Origin: Oculina patagonica | Lineage: Eukaryota | Direction: 5' to 3' | DNA: 64,000 nt | NCBI RefSeq assembly: GCF_052425735.1 | Contig: NC_135760.1 | Coordinates: 13,330,001 to 13,394,000 of the forward strand | Shown: positions 1-12,138 of the stretch, in pieces | How the letters are laid out: every line of letters starts with the position of its first letter | Numbering within the stretch: position 1 is the first letter of the stretch | Position numbers and translations under genes: made by a program | The notes under the pieces: model-generated | Told to the model about the DNA's origin: nothing | Seen by the model: only the letters and a program-made list of their open reading frames with translations | Databases searched by the model: none

Positions 1-324
1 ACATGAACAACGTGGAAATAAACAATGCTATCAAATTTAAAATGTGGGTGGAGGTGTCAAAGAATTTTTGACAACTCGGCGACATTACTTGGCCCCCTGG
101 TCGGAACAAATTTGTTGTATGGAAAGCCAACAGCCTGAAATCTTAATCCCCTGTGGGCGTGCGAGGCTTGCGCGAAAATCGGCGCTTTGCGCCTCAACAT
201 TTGGTGCTTCGCACCTTCGATAAGCGCTTTTTCCAACGACTTTAGAGAAAAAATGACTGTTTTGCAGTCTAACTAGTTTTAATAACTTTTTATCAAGTGC
301 ATATACTAAGTAATCTTTATTCAC

Positions 325-3088
325 CTCTTCGTAATCACTGAGTGCAAAAAGTAGGCCGCATTTTTCTCCATAAAGGACTGCCATGTTGACGTCCAGCTCA
401 GTTTTGCTCGTCATTTTACTTGCAATATCCATGGCCTCTCTAAAGGTGTCTTTTGCCACATTAAATTTGCAATTTGCAGATCTAAGATGAAGTAGCCTGT
501 AAAGAAGTTACATGTCATAGAATAGAGTTAATGATTAGGGATAACACTTCTAGCAAAAGACTCAGCAGGAAATGTCTAAACACTGTCTGCTTGGGTTTCC
601 AATCATCCTACTGATTTTGCTAATTAACATTAACAGTGACTGTCACTACGACTTGTTTGAGTCTGGACAAAACTTTTGATTTTACACAAGACCATCAAAC
701 CTATTTTCCAGACTTTTACCAGTCATAATTAAGATTTCAGACTTTTTCAGTGTCCAAACACTATAACCATGAAATAAATAAAACTTCTCGTTTTGCTTGC
801 TTGCTTATGTTTATAATTGGGAGAATCGATACCTTGTAAGAAATTTAGTTGCTATCCTACAGCCATCTTGTTCTTTGGTGTTACAAAGTTTGTAACTGGT
901 GCTCAGTATTTTTTCTGCATCTTCATACCATCCAGCTTCTGATAAAAAACCACCTGAAATACAAAAGATCAGGTTAACTATCATCTTAATGTCACTTCTT
1001 TTTTTCCAAAAAAAAAACTGAGTTACTGAGATTGTGCCTCAGTAACTTCCAAAAATTGGAGTTATTGTGTGACTAAATCCCCAGTAACATGTACTTCAAG
1101 AATAACAACCCTTTATATGGTTAACTTGTTACATTTGCCTAGCAATACCATTAGCACAGAACAAACTATAGCAAGGGTAATAGATTGAAAACAAAGTACC
1201 CCTACCAAGTGACATCCCTGTCTTCAAGAGTTTCTGAATGACATGTCGATCTGACTTGTCTTCTGCATGTGATACCTTGTCACATCTTTTAATGAACTCT
1301 GAAGTGAGAACCTCTGATAGATCAAATCCTTCTTCTCGTAATCCTTGGAAGACTGCATACAGTTTAACTCTAAAAAGGTCACAAGAATATTTTAAAATTA
1401 TAATAAATGGATATTAAAAAATGTACTCCTCTACTGACTTAAATATTGAATATGAGTAGTCAGGAGTTGACATATTGACATTAAAATGGCCTGTGACTGA
1501 CTTTTTTAATGTCAATTTTTGGACTGATATAAATATATCTCATATTATTAGAGGAAGGCCTACTCTGTAAGAAACATCATGATCTTTACGATAATAAAAT
1601 TGAAATGTTCATCTATCTTTCAAACCGTGATGAACAATAACCACATTTTTTTTAATGAAAGGATTTTTAATAATAAGAAACTTATAAATGCCTGACCCCC
1701 CCCCCCTCCCACCCTCTTCAAGTTAATACTGGACCCATCAATGATAATATGATGTTAAAAAATTATGATTGTAAGGTTGAAAATATGCAGCATTGCATGC
1801 TGAACAGAGAATATAAATAGTGCGCTAATACAGTTGTTGTTGTCAATCAATCAATCAATCACTATTTCCCCCAATACAAGTATATTTTACAGAGGTGGTT
1901 GTTGCTGTTGTAAATAAGATTGATCATAAAAAAAATAACAACTGAATAACATTTCTGGGAATGTAACAGGTAAAGAAGGGAGGGCTGGGAGGGTAACAAT
2001 AGGAAATATACTACAACACACTGTTGTTGTTGTTGTTGTTGTTGTTTTAATACTAGAAGGTCCTCAGTGAATAACATTGCTGAAGTTAGTATTGTAAAGG
2101 GAAGAGGGGAGGGTAAGGTACCAACATTGAAGATAATAGCCATAACATTGGAGCTTTCAAATTTTTGCCATCACTTGCTATTCTTCTCTACAGAGAATAA
2201 CTCACAATGATTATCATAAATCATTTATCCTTCTGCTAGATATTCATCTCTAAGCTTTATATTGAATTTGTGATACCCTTGAGGTGAAATCTTAGTGGTC
2301 GCATTTTGTTTGTAATCATATGCAAGGATGAATAAATCAAATTTAGTATTTTGTTTACACATGAAAAACATCTTTGAATGATTTCAGTTTAGGTCTATGC
2401 TCACTTTGTTCAACTCTATAAATTAGTACAAAATTACAGCACACTGGGAGATATAATCCAAACGACAGAACAGAAATGAAAAAAAAATTTCCTCACTAGC
2501 TTATATTGGGCTAATGAGTAATTTCAGTTTTTTAGTCACAAGACCTTGTGAAACTCCATGGAGCGTGAACCGTTTCGATGTTGATTTACTGTGTGTGTGT
2601 CTACGTCAATCTTTTTGCAGTTTTCTTTTCGTGATAAGGTCTCTGTAACAAACCATTCGCTTATCTTACGTGACACAAATGGAATGAAATTATCGGTACC
2701 TTTACACACAGGAAATATACACAGGAAAAATGTAGCTTTTTACCTCGTATCTCCAGCTCTTAAAGCTTTTGAAACAACATCCAGCTCACTTAGCTCTGCT
2801 ACCAATACTTCTGTCTTACCAGTGTCGAAAAGCTAAACAAAACAAAGCCGCAAAATGCATTAGCCCCAACATAAATTTTGTAAACAACCATTCATCGATC
2901 CAAGGAAACTGGCAGTTAAATCGTGGAAAGAGGCTGAAAGAAAAGATCGATATACTTACCGTTCTATATACATCACACTGAACAGCATTTGGAAGTGAAC
3001 GAAACTCTGACTTAAACAAATCACAATTCCTAACTGTCGTAAGAGATGCCAAATCGTACAAGCTATCTACCCTACAGTCCGCCGCCAT
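325..3088 (-). CDS. APPBP2: Amyloid protein-binding protein 2 (CRL2 substrate receptor), 5' exons; gene continues beyond window start
   Basis: Exons 3088-2960, 2832-2744, 1369-1206, 953-833, 496-325, all GT-AG and in frame. Peptides MAADCRVDSLYDLA..RSLPNAVQCDVY, GGFLSEAGWYEDAEK, LLHLRSANCKF and LYGEKCGLLFALSDYEE match the recalled APPBP2 N-terminus. Confidence 0.9.
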
Positions 3089-3278
3089 GTTTACATCCGT
3101 CTCGTCATCCAACAAAGCTTCCCATGAGAACTTGCTGGTTTTCCGGAAATAAGAGCGCTGTTCGCGGGAGACTGAAACTTCCGGTTTAGAGACTGGCGCC
3201 AAAATTAAAATTTGTCCGCCATTATTGAAAGATCACAAGAAAAACACCTGAAGTCTTTTGAACATTTTACTCGTACAA
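3089..3278. promoter_or_regulatory. Putative bidirectional promoter APPBP2/MND1
   Basis: 190 nt between divergent ATGs; ETS-like ccggaaat (about 3143) and acttccgg (about 3177); YY1-like ccgccat (about 3217). Confidence 0.6.
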
Positions 3279-5965
3279 ATGGTAATTTAAAACTTTCTGC
3301 TGGAAGACGTTTGATACCTTCTTCTTTATTATTTTCATATTACTTTCCTTACTGACCAAAGTTGATTTTTTTCAGTCAAAAAAGCGTGGTTTGAGTTTGG
3401 AAGAGAAGAGGACACGTCTTTTAGAACTGTTCTTTGAAAAGGTGAGCGCTGTTTGTTTACTTGTGCAAGGTTTTTTTGCAATGCTTTTTGTAGATAACCT
3501 GGGAGATAATTACGATATTTTATAACTACGCTTTGATAAGCAGCCTTCTAGTTTATTACTATGTTGAGTAGTTTAAACTTTTTTGGGTAGTAATTTATTT
3601 AGCCTGCGTTGCAGACGTAAAAACCCCGGTATAGTGCACTATACCGGGGTTTTGTTCGTCTGCAACGCAGGCTATAATAGGCCATTTTACAGTTGTCTGC
3701 TCAGTGACCCGGCCTTTGAATGGAAGTGAGGCTGAAGGTGACCTTGTTTTGATACAGACCTCACTGCTTTTGTTTTGTTAATCATGTTTTTGTTTTGTTA
3801 ATCATGTTTTTATGATGCTTATTAGTTTGTATTTACATAATAATGCAGAGAGGTTTGTATCAATGCAAGGTCACCTCCAGCCTCACTACCATTCAAAGGC
3901 CAGGTCACTTGGCAGCCAACTGTAAAATGGACTATTTATTGTGCTGTTAATATTTCTATTTTTTCTAGCACAATTAAATGGTTGTTGTTATTCTTCTTAT
4001 ACTGCTTACGTTACTGTGCAGAAATAGGAGTAACAGAATTAGTTTGAAGTTGCAAAGATTACATGTAAGAGTTAATTAGAGAATATGAGGTGAATTGGTG
4101 AGGGGGCTCTTTTTGAAAGAATATAATAATATACGGGACTTTGACTCAAGAAACTCCTTTATCTCTATACCTTGGGGAATCATTCAAGTTTTCTCACATA
4201 CAAATCGTGTATAGTCCCGTCCCCTAGTCAGTTGGGCACTATCTGGATGTCTACCAAGGTCCATGATAAAATTTGTAAAGACTATATTTAAAATTAAATG
4301 TCATAATGAATTACCGTAAAATCCGTATAAGCTCCCCCGCTTATAAGCCCCCCGGTTATAGGCCCCCATGGAAACAAAAAAATACATCCGATTATAAGCC
4401 CCCCTATTCCGGATGACGACTGAACAGGGCTAAATGTGGCTTTGTGATTTTACTAAAAACGTACGACAACACTCCCGGGGCCGTTTCGAAACGTTTTCAT
4501 CCGCTTATAAGCCCCCCGGATGTAAGCCCCTCCGCTTATAAGCCCACTAAAAAACCCTTACGAAGTTGTATAAGCCCAGGGCTTATAACCGGAATTCTAC
4601 GGTATGTTACTGAGCTAGTCGGTACTTTTCATTTCAACAGAAAGAATTCTTTCTACTCAAGGAGCTGGAGAAAATTGCTCCCAAGGAAAAAGGAATCAGT
4701 AAGAAAACATAAGAATGTGTTTCTTTAAGTAAGTTATCCCATCCTTCATGGCATTAGAGCTGATGATGATGGTTTCTTTCCTGTTTAGCATCCATGTCTG
4801 TTAAGGAAGTTCTACAAAGCTTGGTTGATGACAATCTTGTGGATACTGATAAAATCGGTACTTCCATTTATTTCTGGGCTTACCCAAGCAAGGCAATGCA
4901 TACAGTAAGTAAACTATGGGGTGCACCCACTCAGTAAATAATCTCAAAATTTGGAAAGCACATCTAGCCTTTTGCAACACAGTTGAAAGTTAGGAATTTG
5001 AATTAGGAAAAAGGACTCTTTACAAAGAATATTCAAAGGTATTTATTAATTTTCTTTCAGCGACAGCAGAAGCTACAGCAACTCACCGAGCAAATCAACG
5101 AATGTGAAAAGAAAATTGCCTCCACAACTAAACTTTTAAAGCAAGCTAACTGTGGCCGAGAACAGTCTGTAAGTATTAGTGACAGGATTGAGAATGAATA
5201 CAGGAATTGCCTATTTCTTTTTCAAAATAACTGGCCAATCAGTGAATAGCATGACAAATAGCCTACTTGTATCGTATGTACAATATCCCAGTTACGGCAA
5301 ATAAAGCAATCTTCAATTCAATTATTTTAACCTACCTTGACTTTTTCACCATTTTGGTAAAACAAAAGGTAGGTATTACAAGTATAAAAAAGAGCCATAG
5401 AAAATAATAATATTTGTCCAGACAATGTTCCACCAGTTAGCAATTCATCATGCACGGGCAAATTTGGGTCAGCCACGTCAGCCATTTCTTAAGGTCAACT
5501 GTTATTTTAAAGATCTTTAAAATGATCCTACAATAATACATAACCGGGTTGCTGCAGCAAACCCTCCCAAGGCGGAATTGCATAATCAGTTAACAAAAAG
5601 AAAAGACTTTAGGGTAGGTACAACAACCCAATTAACAAATCTGCTGGGGACCCAGAGCGGAGGTATACAATCCATTAAAAATTTGTTTGTAAAAACAGGA
5701 TGACAGAGATGCTATTCTTCAAGAGCTAATGCAAAAAGAAAAGCTGTGTAAAGAACAGGAACAAGAGCTTGAGAGATATCGAGAATGTGACCCAGAAGTG
5801 CTGGAAAACATGCAGAAAGAAACAGTGATGGCAAAAGAAGGTGCTAATCGCTGGACTGACAATGTGTTTACCATCAAGTCCTGGTGTGTCAGGAAGTTTG
5901 GATTGGAAGAAAAAATGATTGACAAGAACTTTGGAATTCCAGAAGACTTTGATTATGTGGAATAG
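3279..5965 (+). CDS. MND1: Meiotic nuclear division protein 1
   Basis: Exons 3279-3281 (ATG only), 3376-3441, 4641-4698, 4789-4904, 5061-5168, 5699-5965. Peptides [51 protein letters not shown] and FGIPEDFDY. Confidence 0.95.
3600..3674. mobile_element. Palindromic TAG..CTA MITE (AcademH-type)
   Basis: Near-perfect palindrome tagcctgcgttgcagacg..cgtctgcaacgcaggcta. 9-bp TSD taatttatt; the right copy is split by the next element. Half copy at about 55802. Confidence 0.75.
3679..3933. mobile_element. TIR MITE with AT target duplication (ISL2EU-like)
   Basis: TIRs aggccattttacagttg / caactgtaaaatggact, extended internal inverted arms, flanked by AT on both sides. Confidence 0.7.
4314..4602. 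mobile_element. TA-flanked Tc1/mariner-pogo-type MITE in MND1 intron 2
   Basis: ta|ccgtaaaatccg ... cggaattctacgg|ta, with several internal (gc)ttataagccc repeats. Confidence 0.75.
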
Positions 5966-6318
5966 ACTGAGAGACAGCTTGTACATTGTAAATAAAGTTT
6001 ATGTATTATAATTCCTTCTTACTATTCGGGTGCCTTTTTAGAGACACTATTATCTATTGTTAGTTGATGTACATTGCTGGTTACCTTCATCTAACCACTG
6101 ATATCTGGCTGCAGAGGTGAAAATAACAGCCATTGTTGAACCAAATTTTGCTGTGGTTCACTGTGTTGAGTTATTTTCAGTGTTTTGTTAGATTCCTAAC
6201 AATTTTGAGTGCACTGAAGACTTATCCAAATATTTGAATTGGAGCTTTTTGTAATATGTATATAAAATCTTAGAGTAGACTGTTCACAGACTCTATTTTC
6301 AATGCAAATAACATGAAG

Positions 6319-6625
6319 TATTATTCAACAAATGCGCGCGCTGCCCATATATGGTCAAAATGTTAACATTATGTGTCATCTGTACATAACAGATATCATG
6401 CGATATACATAGGTTGTGAAGATTCGTCCGAATTCTCGTAAAGCGCTACATAATTACAGTTTTTCTTTCTGCAGAATGTGATTCGTTGACAATTTGTTGA
6501 ATAATAAACAATTATCCTACTCAATCTTGTGGAATATCATCTGATTTTAGCACACTCAGCCTACGGCCTCGTCAGCTAAGTATCAGGCGATATGCCGCGC
6601 GATTTTGCAGGATAATTGTTAAATA
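6319..6625. mobile_element. Double-hairpin non-autonomous element (Crypton-like architecture)
   Basis: IR1 tattattcaacaaat/atttgttgaataata followed directly by IR2 aacaattatcct/aggataattgtt. No TSD seen. Confidence 0.5.
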
Positions 6626-6971
6626 AACAGCTAGGGAAGCAAGGACAAGCACAACTCTGCCCCCTCCACCCCTACGTGCCTCCCATTATAGGCTAGTGTC
6701 CAGTTCTCATGAGTTTTTTCTTGTGTTCAATGATCCAAGAAAAAAAAACGAAAATAGAAAGCTGTAAGCAGTGTACTCTCAGTGAGATTGAGTGTCATCA
6801 TTTGGATTTTAACCCTCGGACGTACAAGGGGGGGGGGGGGGGGGGGCCCCCCCCCTATTTTTTTTTTTTTATTTTTTAAAAAAAATTTTTTTCCTAATTT
6901 TTTTTTGTTTTTTTTTTTTTTTTTTTAATTTTTTTTTTTTTTTTTTTTTTTTGTTTTTTTCCCTGCCCCCC

Positions 6972-7150
6972 NNNNNNNNNNNNNNNNNNNNNNNNNNNNN
7001 NNNNNNNNNNNNNNNNNNNNNNNNNNNNNNNNNNNNNNNNNNNNNNNNNNNNNNNNNNNNNNNNNNNNNNNNNNNNNNNNNNNNNNNNNNNNNNNNNNNN
7101 NNNNNNNNNNNNNNNNNNNNNNNNNNNNNNNNNNNNNNNNNNNNNNNNNN
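6972..7150. other. Assembly gap (N run) with low-quality homopolymer flanks
   Basis: Run of n; poly-G/C/T/A flanks at about 6828-6971 and 7151-7260. Confidence 0.95.
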
Positions 7151-7329
7151 TTTCTATTAACACAAAAAAAAAAAAAATTTTTTTGTTAGTTAAAAAAAAA
7201 AATAATTCTAATAAAAAAAAAAAAAAAAAAACGGGGGGGCCCCCCCCCCCCCCCCCCCCTTTGTTAAGAGAGGCATTTTAAGGGTCACAAAGATCTGCTC
7301 TTTTGCCAACTAACTTTGCTTACACATGC

Positions 7330-7575
7330 CCCAATATGCGTAGCCTACATAAAAATTTAAAACATCGTCAATGACCTCGCTCAATGACCTCATATTGACT
7401 GTTAAAGAAACTCCAGAAATCATAGCTATATCGGAATATGTGTTTTTGATTAATAATTCACCAACTAGAGCAGGAGGTGTCGGCCTTTATATTTCTCAAG
7501 AATTGAACTTCATTAGGAGGGAAGATCCGGAAATAGCTAGTGACGGAATAGAATCGTGCTGGGTCGAACCCTTTA
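7330..7575 (+). mobile_element. Degenerate LINE (CR1/L2-like) apurinic endonuclease fragment
   Basis: Translates to NMRSLHKN..PEIIAISE..RAGGVGLYI..IESCWVE, typical APE motifs. Truncated. Confidence 0.7.
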
Positions 7576-7607
7576 ACTGCTAAAACTAATGCTAGCAGTG
7601 GTTTATT

Positions 7608-10600
7608 TCACACTCCAACAATTTTTCCTGTTGACTTCCCTAACTGTTTCAGTCTGTAATACTCTGATAGATCCTTGGACTGTACCATGGTGCTTCTCTT
7701 TGGATGAAGTTTTAACTTTTGAAGAGTTTCTTCAAAATATTCAGGCAGAGGTGCCTTAATTATAATATCCCTTCCGTGATATAAGTTTGGTAAAGTTAAC
7801 TGTCTTGCATGTAGATGGAGAGGAATGAGTGCTCTTTGCCACTGTCTTATCTTTCCTTTTGCTTTGGGATCTTCCCTGTTTTTTGTACCTTGAATCTGAA
7901 GAAGCTGCAGTAAACGCAGGGGTAAAACCTGTAAAAGAAAAGTTTTAATATTAAAACAAATGATTGAAAAAGCAGTTTCCCATTACATTTCACAGTGTTT
8001 GCTCCACTATTGGCTCAAAGTACTTCTACATGCTTTGCACTGCATTATAAAATGATTTTTTATTTTAATAAATAATCAATATCTTACCATGTCTGGCCCT
8101 ATCCCCCACCCGGGGGTAAGAAAATAAGCATCATACCATGTAAATAATGTCTTCTTGATATCAGCTAAGCTTTTAGAGCCCTTCTATACCTTTATGAGAA
8201 AACCTATTGCCACGTCAGATGCAAGTATTCCTGTGATTTCTAAGCCACAATTAAGTACACCTATGGTTTATCAGTCAGAGTATAGTATGCCAGTGATTGA
8301 TAAGCCACTTGTGAAGACTGGGTATACTTTTGGTTGCTAAGCCTTAGGATGGTATACCTGTGGTTGATAGGACTGTTGGTTTTCAAGCTTAATACACATA
8401 ATCCTTGCTTAAAACTGATATTCCTAAATCTGATAATTCCATTAATGCTAAAATCTGAGTTTGATATACCTGTGGTTGACGTAGATCAGAAGAGAACTTA
8501 TGATCTCCCAGTATCGGACATTTCAGTCCTTCTGCTGTGTGTACTCTGATTTGCTGCTTTAGTCCTGTAACTGGCTCCAGTTGTAACAGAGCACATGTGT
8601 TTTGATTTGTGTCCAAAATTTTAAATTTTGTTTTTGCATTTTTGAAGCCAGCAGCACTTAACACCTGAATTAATACAAAAAAAGCATAATTTTCACATTA
8701 AACACTATCAAATTTTAATTCAAAATTTGTGAACTTGATAACCTAAAGAATCTAATGCAGTGCTTTAATGAGGTGTTTTAACCAAAAAAAGAGGTGTTTT
8801 AACCAAAAAAGTCTATTTTCTAGACTATTAATTTCTAGAATTTAGTTACTTTGAACTTACTTTAAAAAAAAAAAAATGATGGTATTGTTTAGATTGCATG
8901 CTTACTTTTGCCTTTCTACACCTTAAAGGGCATACCTTATTATAGGAATATAACAAAGCATTTTAACAACCCGAACAAAATTTACGCGTAATAAAATTAA
9001 CGCGAATTTAAAAAAAAAGTTCTGGTCAAATCCTTATAGTAAAAAAGACATCGTCAATGAAATTAACGCAAATTTTTTAAATTCGCGTTAATAATATGTA
9101 TCGTTAATTTCCTATAATAAGGTAACATAATTCTGCAATCCATATGATTTGCTTAATATTGTATTTCTCTTGTAAATAATGTTTGTATCACAAGATGAAG
9201 TAGATGTACTATTTAATTTAAAAAAAAAAAACAATACTGTATTTCGCCTGTGAACATTTCAGCACTCAAAACTGTGCCAAAAAAGTTAACATCGCTCAAG
9301 TTGCTTTATCGCAACAGTGAATTTAATTTAACTGTCATAATTATTTTGCATTGCAACATTTAACTATAAATAATTCCCATACTTCAAAAGACTTGCCAAT
9401 CAGATCAGTTCTGGTAACAATGCGATGTCCTCCAGGAAGTTTACGCTCACCAATGGGAATATTGATTTCTCCTGCTTCAAATGCTGGTACTCCAACAGTT
9501 ACTGCCCAGTACTGTTTAGTAATTGTCCTATTGGAGAACATTTCTGCTATCTTTTTGGCTGCACTTGCTGACCTAAAATAAAAATACTGACAAATATTAA
9601 AATTTGATTTGTAATTTTTTTGGCAAACAAAACAAACATACAAACTTTTTGAGCAAAAAAGGCTATTAAAAAACTGTTGATAATCAAAATACAATCAAAT
9701 ATAAGTACCGGGTAATCAAAGACAATCATAGTTGAAAATAATATTAACCAGTACCTTGTGAATAACAGAGTTCCACTGCAGTCCCTGTAAGTACAGCACA
9801 ATAACATTCAACATTTACTTTGGTTAAAAAATTGTTGCAAATTTCAAAAGACTCTAATTTTGTGGTCATGTAATGAAACTATTTCCACGCAGCTTGAAAA
9901 GATACCAATTCTAAAATGGCAACTACTTTCTGACACATGTCTTTCATGTGGGTACCCTAATAGCACTGGGATAACTCTACAAATTGTCCTTTTACGTTTT
10001 AACAACCTAAGGTGGTACCAAGCCAAATTGATTACTAAAGGAGAATCCACCTGAGCAATCTTCTGATTAAAATTCGGGCTCACCACTTGTTTTGTTTTTC
10101 TGATTTTTCAATACCTCAGTGATTGTTTGCCATCCTGCATTGTAAGCTAGCAACAGCTGCCTTAAAATTCCTCGGAATTACAACAAAAACAATGAAATAA
10201 CCTGTCAAGACAGTACATACTTATCAAGTCGATGTGCCAGCTCTGGTCTTTGCTTTAATTTTTTTATTTCTGTAAACTCATCAAGCATGTCCATAATACA
10301 CATCTTTACACCAGGACCCGCTTAAAAACAAAACATAGATGCAAACAGTCTTTTTGGTATTTACATGTATTTTTTATTTTATTATATAAACTGATATGGT
10401 ATAGCGAGTGGTAGCAAATCAAGAAAAATGGAAATGGTATCACACATGTGTGGATAAAAATGATATCCACACATGTGTGGTATCATTTTTGACCAATCAG
10501 CTCGCAGAGTTTGCCGTGTTTCAATGCTCAATAAGCCAAATTTTATCGACCCCCTTTTCTCTCAGAATTTTCAATGATCCTCCACTGGGGATGGAGGGGG

Positions 10601-11979
10601 GTATGGATATTTTCTGGAGGCACACATTTGAGACTTTGCAAGAGAGCAAAAGTGATGTATTGGAAAGACAATTCATTACCCTTGACAAACATGACTATAT
10701 ACTTTTGGGACTTTTTTATGAAAAATAAATGCTGGATTTAAGCTTTAAGAGCCTGAAGGGGTAAAGTGGGAACTGGGATTTGGTCAAATTTTCACTGGGA
10801 AAATGGGATTTGGATCGCCGGAACTGGGATTTGGTCACTGGGTATGGGAATCACAGACAGAAAAACAATAGAACTGGGCCTGGGATTGGAAAAGCAATAG
10901 GCTGAAAAAATGAGATGTAGGTAAAATTTGGGCTGGGAAAATGGGATTTATACCCAACCCTCTACCCCACTTTAGGACCTTCCTTTAACACTTACAGTGC
11001 ACTGGCAGTCCATATGGTTTGTTCACTGCAATAATGTCATCTGTAGAAATATAAGAGAAACATGTCTTTGAATACAATTTTTAAAATTTAAGCTTAATTA
11101 TCTCTTTATAAACTGAGGGCTGCTACCAGTGAGCCTATGATTTCACTGTGTATTTTGTTCCCCTAGCTAGGTCGACCCTAGGTCCCAAGCGAAAAAAAAA
11201 TTGAATTAGTGTCTTCTTGGTTTAGATAGAATGTTGTTGTTGTGCAGTCTTGCCGTTATTAGGGTCTGTAGGCCGTGCTAGTTGGCTAAATTCCCGGGGG
11301 GGGGGGGGAGGGGTACTCCCATAAATTTCGGATAGGGGTGTGCCGCCAAGGTTCTTAAACCCTGACCCTATTTAAGGATAAAGAAAGCGAAAATTGTTAC
11401 CCTTTTTAAGGCCCAAAACCGAAAAATGACACCCTATTTAAGGGGAGGAGAAACGTTCCGTGACGACCCAAATAACGGCTAACCACGCACGGCAAGACAC
11501 AAATCTTTATAAAATCGCTTTTCTAATACCTGAACTGAAAATTCAGTTTTCAGATATCTTTTTCTCGTTTAGCTGGGTGTTTATTTTAGCTAATAGAATT
11601 TAGGTACCCTATCTAAGGATCACAGCGGGAACGCATTGCCAAAAGGAGCAAAAATGATACCCTATTTAAGGACCGAGAACCTCAAAAACCATACCCTATT
11701 GGGCGGCACATACCTATATAGGCCACATATGGGAGTACCCCCCCCCCGGGGGGGGGGGAAAATTAGGGTAAAAGTAGCAGTTAATTTAAACCATGTGCTG
11801 CACAAATTTATAAATATGTTGGCGATCGCACAACACAGGCAAGCGATATGGCACTACGCTGGTCAATGCCTGTGCAAACCATACTTACTGTTCATAAAAA
11901 TTACACTGTCCGCTAAGAATTGTGCATCTATGACAGTTCTTCCCAGAGCTAACCTCGCTGTCTTAGCTGCTAGCGCCAT
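7608..11979 (-). CDS. RluA-family pseudouridine synthase, RPUSD3/RPUSD4-like (probably mitochondrial)
   Basis: Exons 11979-11889, 11040-10996, 10320-10221, 9784-9755, 9572-9383, 8664-8470, 7928-7608. Motifs NKPYGLPVHSGPG, HRLDKDCSG (catalytic Asp), KQYWAVTVGVP, QIRVH, PILGDHKF and LHLHARQL. Confidence 0.88.
8935..9122 (+). mobile_element. Short TA-flanked MITE; same family as 23771-25081 and 41448-41633
   Basis: ta|ccttattataggaa ... ttcctataataagg|ta with internal aattaacgcg repeats. Confidence 0.8.
11293..11758. mobile_element. CCC..GGG MITE in RPUSD intron 1
   Basis: cccggg(G)n-tactcccata ... tatgggagtac(C)n-cggg; internal accctatttaagg repeats; related to 32662-32971 and about 63520-63671. 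Confidence 0.7.
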
Positions 11980-12138
11980 CTTGAATCGCTCTTTAACCTA
12001 ATGACACTTTAGTGAGGGATACATAAAGTATTCAGTAAATTAAGTATACATAGCGTCGCATACATGAATCACAAGCATGAAGGTTAGGTTCCAAGCTCCA
12101 TACCGCGCACACGGCACACGTGCGTTTTGCGAATAAAC

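Noticed and set aside
1862-2143. Poly-Q ORF
   Set aside because: (GTT)n microsatellite in APPBP2 intron 2; not needed for the spliced frame.
4314-4602. Regularly spaced ttataagccc repeats (also 11350-11710 and 42117-42383) that superficially resemble a CRISPR array or iterons
   Set aside because: They are subterminal repeats inside TIR-bounded MITEs in eukaryotic introns; spacing is irregular and there are no cas genes.
6828-7260. Mirror-like poly-G/C/T/A blocks and Lys-rich ORFs around the N run
   Set aside because: Low-quality sequence flanking an assembly gap; not interpretable.
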